Part shown: positions 55,838-64,000 of the stretch, one piece after another | How the letters are laid out: each line of letters begins with the position of its first letter | How positions within the stretch are numbered: the first letter of the stretch is position 1 | Source: Chrysomallon squamiferum | Taxonomy: Eukaryota > Animalia > Mollusca | Assembly (NCBI GenBank): GCA_012295275.1 | Contig: CM022665.1 | Location: 43,152,001-43,216,000, forward strand | Reading direction: 5' to 3' | DNA: 64,000 bases | Translations under genes and position numbers: made by a program | Notes under the pieces: model-generated | Told to the model about the DNA's origin: nothing | Database searches by the model: none | What the model saw: only the letters and a program-made list of their open reading frames with translations

Positions 55838-56324
55838 TCAGTTTCTAGGTTTAATCATTTTGTCTAGCTGGGACTGTCCCAAAGCTGAAACAAATTTCTT
55901 AACAATAACATCGTAGCCTCCTTTGGCAGCCAAGTCGTATGGAGTTTCTCCTCGATCGTTCTTTTTATTCTGGTCTGCTCCATACCTACAGAAAAAAAAA
56001 AAATAATAATAGTAATAAAATATCCTTGCATGTTATTTTAGAATAAAATACAGTACCAATAATTTAAACTGCATAACAGTAACTTCTAAAGGGGAACAAA
56101 AACAACAAAAACATAAAATGGGATTGCGTGTTTGTGTCTGTATATATATAGACAATGGTATCGGGGTTATTTTTGTTGGAAATATGTGTTTTCCTTTTAG
56201 TTTGAATTATTTAGGATAAATTTCAAAGCATTAGTGTTTTAGCTTACTGTAATATGTCATCTTGATTGAAGTCAAATTTAAAGATTAAAGATCCTAGAAA
56301 TTTTTTTTTTCTTAAATGTTCAGT

Positions 56325-56363
<39 letters not shown>

Positions 56364-59300
56364 GTTGATTATCAAGGAATTTCTAAATCAACCTTTATTT
56401 AGATTTTAATCTGTTTCAATAATAATGTAACTCAACTTGTATGATTCAGGCCTAGTGAAACTATTTAAATGTGTTATCCAAATTGATAATTACCCTGATT
56501 TTAACATTTATAATACTTTTAACTATTTCACAGTGTAAGGTCTGATTTCTGATGATGATGTTTTCTTCTTATTATTATAAATACACATAAAAGAATTACT
56601 GATTTGCTAATATTTCTTTTCACTAAATTTAACCTACTGTTTTCAAATTAAAAACACTTTGATGCATCTACCAAAAAAAAACCACCCTGCATTTGTAGTG
56701 TTTTTTTTTTTTTGTTGTTGTTTGTTGGTTTTTTGGTCTTTTTTGCTATTTTTTGTACATACCATAAGTAACATTTTTTTCAATCAAATTATCCACATAA
56801 ACACAACAAATCTCAATTGTTTCAATTAAGGACCACTTTCCTTTAAAGTGTCTTCAGAATTAAAGTAGCTTTTGAACCATTGTATGAAAAAAAGTTGAGT
56901 AATTGTATTAATTAATTTTTCCCATCCATTACAAATTACAATACAATAAATATTTTCAAAATAATACTAGGATAATTCAGTAACGCATATATACAAGATA
57001 ATCTATTATAGTATATGCTTTTTGTAAAGCTCAGTTTTATATGGTATCTGACAGATGACTGATAAATAATTTTGTCAGAAAATATTAATAATCTGAAAAT
57101 TTAATTTATATAGTTTTAGGGTATACCAGAGATTAATATTTTAAATTTAAAAATATAACTGAAATTTTAAGAAACTGATAAATATATAATTGTAAAGCAG
57201 ACTTTTTATAATTATTTTTACCTAAGTAGGCAGTCAATCATCTTCAAACCTGAAGGTCCCAGGTTCACAGCTTCATGCAGGGCTGTATTTCCTTTTCTGA
57301 AATATGTAGCGTGTACATTTAAATTATCTTATTATAAATGTAATATTTAAAATAATTAATGTTTGTTCATTTAAATAATATACGTAATAATAATAATAAT
57401 AATAATAATGATGATGATGATTTATGTTGATGGTGATGATAATGATAATAATAGCAATAAAAAATAATAAATAAACATCTAAAATAGATCTGGTATAATA
57501 AAAAACATTTCTACTTCTTTTTTTCTTTTTTTTTCTTGAAGCAATTCATATAAGAAAAACAGAGTTTTTGTTGATTAGCTTTGAGAAAACAATTAAATAA
57601 TATTAAATAAAATATCAAAGTAAAATAAAAATCTAATAAAAGCAAAAAGAAGAAAAAATATACAGTAAAAGTATAAATAAATAAAAGTAAAAAAAAACAA
57701 AAATTATATATATATAATAAATCAAATGGAAAAATGAAAAAGATAAAAAATAAACTGTAAAAGTCATATAAAAATCATATAAAAATGTAATAAAAATGTA
57801 ATAAAAGTAAAAAAATGATCTAAAATGAAATGAAAATAATGTAATAACATAAAACTAAAAAAAACAATCAAATTAAAAAAATAATAATAAAATGAAAATA
57901 ATACAAAAATTTATAATTGTTTTTTTTTAAATGAAATAATAAAAATAATCAAATTAAATCAAAGCAAAAATAAAAACTAACAACAATAAAAAAATAATAA
58001 CAATAAAAAATAAGTAAACAGATAAATAAATAAATAAATAAATAAAATCAAACAAAATGAAATAAATTAATTTAAAAATAGACTTACACCAAAGAAGGTC
58101 CTTTCCTGTTAATATCTGCACCAGCATCAACAATGACTGGAATACAGTCTACCCTGTTGTTGACTACTGCTACATGTAGAACAGGCAGCCCATTCTTGTT
58201 CACACAGTTCACGTCTGCTCCCTACATCACAAAAACACAAACGAAAACAAAATCTTCAAGTCACGTAACATATGATCAATATTAAACTTGTTTTAATTTA
58301 TCTTCAGCCATTTTGGCATCTATCGAGATAAAAATGTACAAAATCTTCATTATTGGTATGTTTTACTTGGAAATAATTTTTAAAAATTAAGTCACTACAA
58401 ATGTGTTTTCAGATTCTTAGTGTGTGGAGATCTCGATAAATACTGAGTGAAAAATAAATTAAGTTACCAAAAAAATAATATTGTACTGGTTGAGGATCCT
58501 ATATCAGAAATTCAAAAATCTAAACATTTTCCTAGCAGCAGATATTTTACAAGTTTTGGATTGTTTTGCATACATAAACTTTTATTTTATGCACAAAATT
58601 ATCAAAAATATTACATAAAAAATCATGCAAACTGTTTGTATATATGAAATATTTATGGAATTTGTTATTATGACTTAGATAACATTCTCATACTTACATC
58701 ATCTATTTAAATATTAAATATCTGTGTATTGATTGCTGATACTTACATCATCTATTTAAATATTAAACATCTGTGTATTGATTGTTGATACTTACATCAT
58801 CTATTTAAATATTAAACATCTGTGTATTGACTGTTGATACTTACATCATCTATGTAAATATTAAACATCTGTGTATTGATTGTTGATACTTACATCATCT
58901 ATTTAAATATTAAACATCTGTGTATTGACTGTTGATACTTACATCATCTATGTAAATATTAAACATCTGTGTATTGATTGTTGATACTTACATCATCTGT
59001 GTACATATTAAACATCTGTGTATTGATTGTTGATACTTACATCATCTATGTAAATATTAAACATCTGTGTATTGATTGTTGATACATCATCTATGTACAT
59101 ATTAAACATCTGTGTATTGATTGTTGATACTTACATCATCTATGTAAATATTAAACATCTGTGTATTGATTGTTGATACATCATCTGTGTACATATTAAA
59201 CATCTGTGTATTGATTGCTGATACTTACATCATCTATTTAAATATTAAACATCTGTGTATTGACTGTTGATACTTACATCATCTATGTAAATATTAAACA

Positions 59301-60642
59301 TCTGTGTATTGATTGTTGATACTTACATCATCTATGTAAATATTAAACATCTGTGTATTGATTGCTGATACTTACATCATCTATTTAAATATTAAACATC
59401 TGTGTATTGACTGTTGATACTTACATCATCTATGTAAATATTAAACATCTGTGTATTGATTGCTGATACTTACATCATCTATTTAAATATTAAACATCTG
59501 TGTATTGACTGTTGATACTTACATCATCTATGTACTGCTGTACATCGGATGGAGATCCTTCTCCACTTGCTCCAAGTTCACGAATCAGTTTCAAGTTGAT
59601 TGGCTGTTAAATAGAAAACAAACATTTCTGTAACATTTGGCCCCATTCATCATCCATAATAAAATGGAATCATTTCAAGAAAAATAATATAACCAATTAA
59701 AAAGTAAACCAAAAATCTATATTATGTTTAGAAATTTGAGCCATTTTCCCTTCAAAAATTAGCATCACTTAATAACTATCCAAGAAATGAACAACAAACA
59801 TAAAAATGTTTTTTTTTTTTTTTTAAATGACTTTTTATTCTCCTAAAATATTTCTGATAATAAAAAAATAAAGAATAAGTGCACCTCCCAATATCCATGC
59901 TATATTGATAAAGAGAAAAAGGGTTCTTTATGCTTCCTGTATTAAATTGGTCAAGTTTGAAAATTAGTTGTTAATACATATTTTCAAAATACTAGACTTT
60001 TGTGTGTGTTTTTTTTGAAGTTTAAAATACTTACAGACAATTTTGATTCTGATTTCTTTTTGGTTTTGGTTCTTCTTCCTGACTTTTTTCTGTTAGATAT
60101 TGGTGTCATCCTGTCTTCACTCACTACAAAGTATTCAAACAGTTAAAACATATTTTATTAATAACTTAGTATTGACCAGATCAGTAATTAAAATTGAAAA
60201 TTCATTAATTTTACAGAGAAACCACAAATTATTTATTTACTTTATATTTGTTTCAATTTTAATTTTTTTATTATTGTTATTTTTAATTTTTTTATTATCA
60301 TTATTTTTTATTTTGGCACATGGTTTTAGGTTAAAATAGCAGAAGGCTGTATATGAATAAAGTCAACTTAAATATATTTTATAAATTATTTTCTTTCATC
60401 AGATAAATAAATAAATGTTAAAAATTCCTTATTATATAGAGAACGCAAGAACTAATATATATAAACTTTATATCTATCTATCTATCTATACTTATTTATA
60501 TATACTTATTTATTTATTTGCACTTGGTTTAAAATAGCAGAGGGCTGTAAACAAATACAACCATGTTAAATATATTTTATAAATTATTTTGTTTTATCAG
60601 ATAAATAAACAAAATTTGAAAATTAATTAATTTTATACAAAA

Positions 60643-60680
<38 letters not shown>

Positions 60681-61635
60681 TGTATGGTTTTTACTACACA
60701 AATTCAGTTATAACTGAAACCACTCTCTCACAGTGTTGTTGTACCTTCTGAGTCGCTGATGTAACTCCCGACTGAGTCGTGCTCAGTGTGCATGCTCAGA
60801 AAACCCTTGTGCGAGCCGCCAAGCTGTTTACCAATAAACGGATCCTTGTTGTCACGCAGCGCGAAGGTCAAGGTCAGAGACAGCTCATAACCATCTTCTT
60901 GAATGGAACTAGTTATTAGCTAAAAAAAAAAAATGTTAAAATTCAAAAATAGAAAAATTAAAATAAAAGTTTTTATATAAAAAAAGTTTTAATTTTTGAA
61001 TTAAAAAAAAAAAAAAATAAATTTTAAATTTTAAATTATAAATAAAAAAGAAAACCAAATTAAATTAATTTTGTATCACTGAAAATGAACTATTTTCTTT
61101 TCAAAATCTTTATTAAATTTAAAATGGGCAATAAAGTGTTTGTACATGTTAGTGTGTGTGTCCATGTATATGTACTACATACAGAGAGAGAGAGAGAGAG
61201 AGAGAAAAAAAAAAAAAAAAATTAAAGATTTAATAAACTATAAACAATAACTAATTCTTATTTGATAATTAAAACAGCTGGAAGTTGTAAATGAATATAG
61301 CTATAATAAATATTTTTTAAAAGTTAAAATTCTGCAGTAAGAAAATTAAAAAAAAAAGAACTACCTTGCCCATTTTTGGCTCCCCAATGAGAGCCTGAAC
61401 TCAGCATCATTCTGAGCCTTTGCTTTGAGATGTTGACAAATGTGATCAACCTGCTTTCTCCAATAACCTGTTTAAACAGGACACATTTTACTTAATTTCT
61501 CCACTTTACATTATTTATTAGTATTATTTATATTTTTTATCCTAGTTTTAAATATAAACGTTTTGACATGAAGTACACACAGACAAATGCACACCTAGAC
61601 AATATATAAATATTAACATGTAAAACATGCATATA

Positions 61636-61673
<38 letters not shown>

Positions 61674-62202
61674 GTTTAAAAAACTTTTAACATCTTATAA
61701 ACTTTATATAGATATATATATATATAAAACACACACACACACAAAACATTTATACCTATACATATATAAAACACTCACACATACACATGCATAAAAACAC
61801 AGAGACACACAAACACACTGACATAAGACGTTCACACATATACATATATAAAACACACACACATGCATACAAAACATTCATAAATATTCATATATAACAT
61901 ACATACACACACAAACACACAGCCATCAAACATTCACACATATACATATATAACACACACACACACACACACACACACAATTTACACTATTAACAAACAA
62001 CAAGAAACACGCACCTCTGCCAGGACTGACAGACGTCAACAGAGGTCGGCGATCTCTCATCTGTTTTTCAAACGCAGTTTATAACGTCCTTCTTCACAGT
62101 TACACACGGGTAAAACAGACCCACAGTCTGCACCGCCACCGTCGTCATCGGCTTGATGGGGCTCCCAGGAACGACTCCTATAGTCACAGGACTCCACTTA
62201 GA
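55838..62202 (-). CDS. DZANK1: Double zinc ribbon and ankyrin repeat protein 1, last 8 exons (5' part beyond right edge); two apparent frameshifts
   Basis: Exons 62202-62015, 61467-61365, 60919-60745, 60123-60035, 59603-59523, 58221-58088, 57296-57222, 55985-55838. Motifs [57 protein letters not shown], followed by ankyrin repeats (GADVNCVNKNGLPVLHVAV; KGNTALHEAV), match DZANK1. Confidence 0.88.
58690..59534. repeat. 49-bp minisatellite (~17 copies) containing the last ~12 nt and GTAAGT donor of DZANK1 exon 59603-59523
   Basis: Unit atacttacatcatctat(t/g)taaatattaaacatctgtgtattga(t/c)tg(t/c)tg; the last copy is the real junction. Confidence 0.95.
60330..60620. repeat. Two-copy ~200-bp-spaced intronic direct duplication
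   Basis: ttaaaatagcaga(a/g)ggctgta...ttaaatatattttataaattatttt...atcagataaataaa occurs at ~60332 and ~60529. Confidence 0.7.
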
Positions 62203-63730
62203 CTGAAAACACCAAACAAACTAAAATAAAACCTCACAAAACGACTCCTATAATCACAGGAGCCCACTTAGACTGAAAACACCAAACAAACTAAAATAAA
62301 ACCTCACAAAACAACACCTATAGTCACAAGAGTCCACTTAGACTGAAAACACCAAACAAATTAAAATAAATCCTCACAAAACAACACCTATAGTCACAGG
62401 ACTCCACTTAGACTGAAAACACCAAACAAACTAAAATAAAACCTCTGACTTTTCACAGGAGCCCACTTAGACTGAAAACACCAAACAAACTAAAATAAAA
62501 CCTCACAAAACAACACCTATAGTCACAGGAGTCCACTTAGACTGAAAACACCAAACAAATTAAAATAAAACCTCACAAAACAACAACTCCTATAGTCACA
62601 GGAGTCCACTTAGACTGAAAACACCAAACAAATTAAAATAAAACCTCACAAAACGACTCCTATAGTCACAGGAGCCCACTTAGACTGAAAACACCAAACA
62701 AACTAAAATAAAACCTCACAAAACGACTCCTATAGTCACAGGAGCCCACTTAGACTGAAAACACCAAACAAGCTAAAATAAAACCTCACAAAACGACTCC
62801 TATAGTCACAGGAGTCCACTTAGACTGAAAACACCAGACAAACTAAAATAAAACCTCACAAAACGACTCCTATAGTCACAGGAGTCCACTTAGACTGAAA
62901 ACACCAAACAAACTAAAATAAAACCTCACAAAACGACTCCTATAGTCACAGGAGCTTAGTGAGACTGAAAACACCAAACAAACTAAAATAAAACCTCACA
63001 AAACGACTCCTATAGTCACAGGAGGACTGAAAACACCAAACAAACTAAAATAAAACCTCACCAAACGACTCCTATAGAAAGACTGAAAACACCAAACAAA
63101 CTAAAAAAAACCTCACAAAACGACTCCTATAATCACAGGAGCCCACTTAGACTGAAAACACCAAACAAACTAAAATAAAACTCGCAAATGAAATAGTAAA
63201 ACTTAGACTGAAAACACCAAACAAACTAAAATAAAACCTCGCAAATGAACTCCTATAGTCACAGGAGTCCACTTAGACTGAAAACACCAAACAAACTAAA
63301 ATAAAACCTCACAAATCAACTCCTACAGTCACAGGAGTCCACTTAGACTGAAAACACCAAACAAACTAAAATAAAAACAAAAACTCCTATAGTCACAGGA
63401 ATAGACTGAAAACACCAAACAAACTAAAATAAAACCTCACAAATCAACACCTATAGTCACAGGAGTCCACTTAGACTGAAAACACCAAACAAACTAAAAT
63501 AAAACCTCACAAATCAACACCTATAGTCACAGGAGCCCACTTAGACTGAAAACACCCCAAAACACTAAAATGAAACCTCGCAAATCAACACCTACATCTA
63601 AATCAAAATCTACACCTACAAATAAGCATTGCACATGCTTACACAAACATTACATTATATAACAACAACAATAGTCACAGGAGCCCACTTAGACTGAAAA
63701 CATCAAACAACTAAAATACAATCTCGCAAA
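62171..63730. repeat. 70-bp minisatellite (~20 or more copies) containing the acceptor and first 32 nt of DZANK1 exon 62202-62015
   Basis: Unit acgactcctatagtcacaggagtccacttagactgaaaacaccaaacaaactaaaataaaacctcacaaa; the first copy overlaps the real exon start. Confidence 0.95.
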
Positions 63731-64000
63731 GACATCTCAGAACAGTCCTTATTTAAAAATCACTGGGCATGACAATTTACTATCATATATTTTTAAATCT
63801 ACACACACAAACACACATGCACATACTTACACAAACATTATATTGATAGGTATATGTATCTAGGTTTAAATTTAAGTTTTAAAAAAAATGGAGAAAATTT
63901 TATTTAGGAAACTGCAGAACACTTTGTTTAAAAGAAATTATGCATGAATTATCTCATTATCATAATACTATGAGGTATAGACTGTTTGGTCAAACTAAAC

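Noticed and set aside
58690-63730. Regular repeats as CRISPR arrays
   Set aside because: Units are head-to-tail with no unique spacers, there are no cas genes, and the context is eukaryotic introns.

Overview
Very AT-rich, microsatellite-laden animal genomic DNA with spliceosomal GT-AG introns; probably an invertebrate such as a mollusc or other lophotrochozoan (inference, not proven). Most ORFs in the supplied track are spurious. By hand-splicing I find seven protein-coding genes. (1) An extended-synaptotagmin/tricalbin-like TM-SMP-C2 gene (minus, 26061 to beyond the left edge), head-to-head with (2) NUSAP1 (plus, 26555-33990). (3,4) Two tandem paralogous 72-aa hydrophobic Cys-rich proteins of unknown family (minus). 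(5) MRPL33 (minus), head-to-head with (6) TMED10 (plus). (7) The 3' half of DZANK1 (minus, continuing off the right edge). The most striking unexplained pattern: all five well-preserved minisatellite arrays, unrelated in sequence, have a unit that straddles a real exon-intron junction, so each multiplies a functional splice donor or acceptor about 5-20 times into the intron. There are also smaller splice-site duplications in TMED10 and NUSAP1, one of them as an antisense copy able to form a hairpin over an acceptor. Three exons carry frame disruptions that look like assembly errors. All coordinates and copy counts were read by eye and may be off by a few bases or copies.
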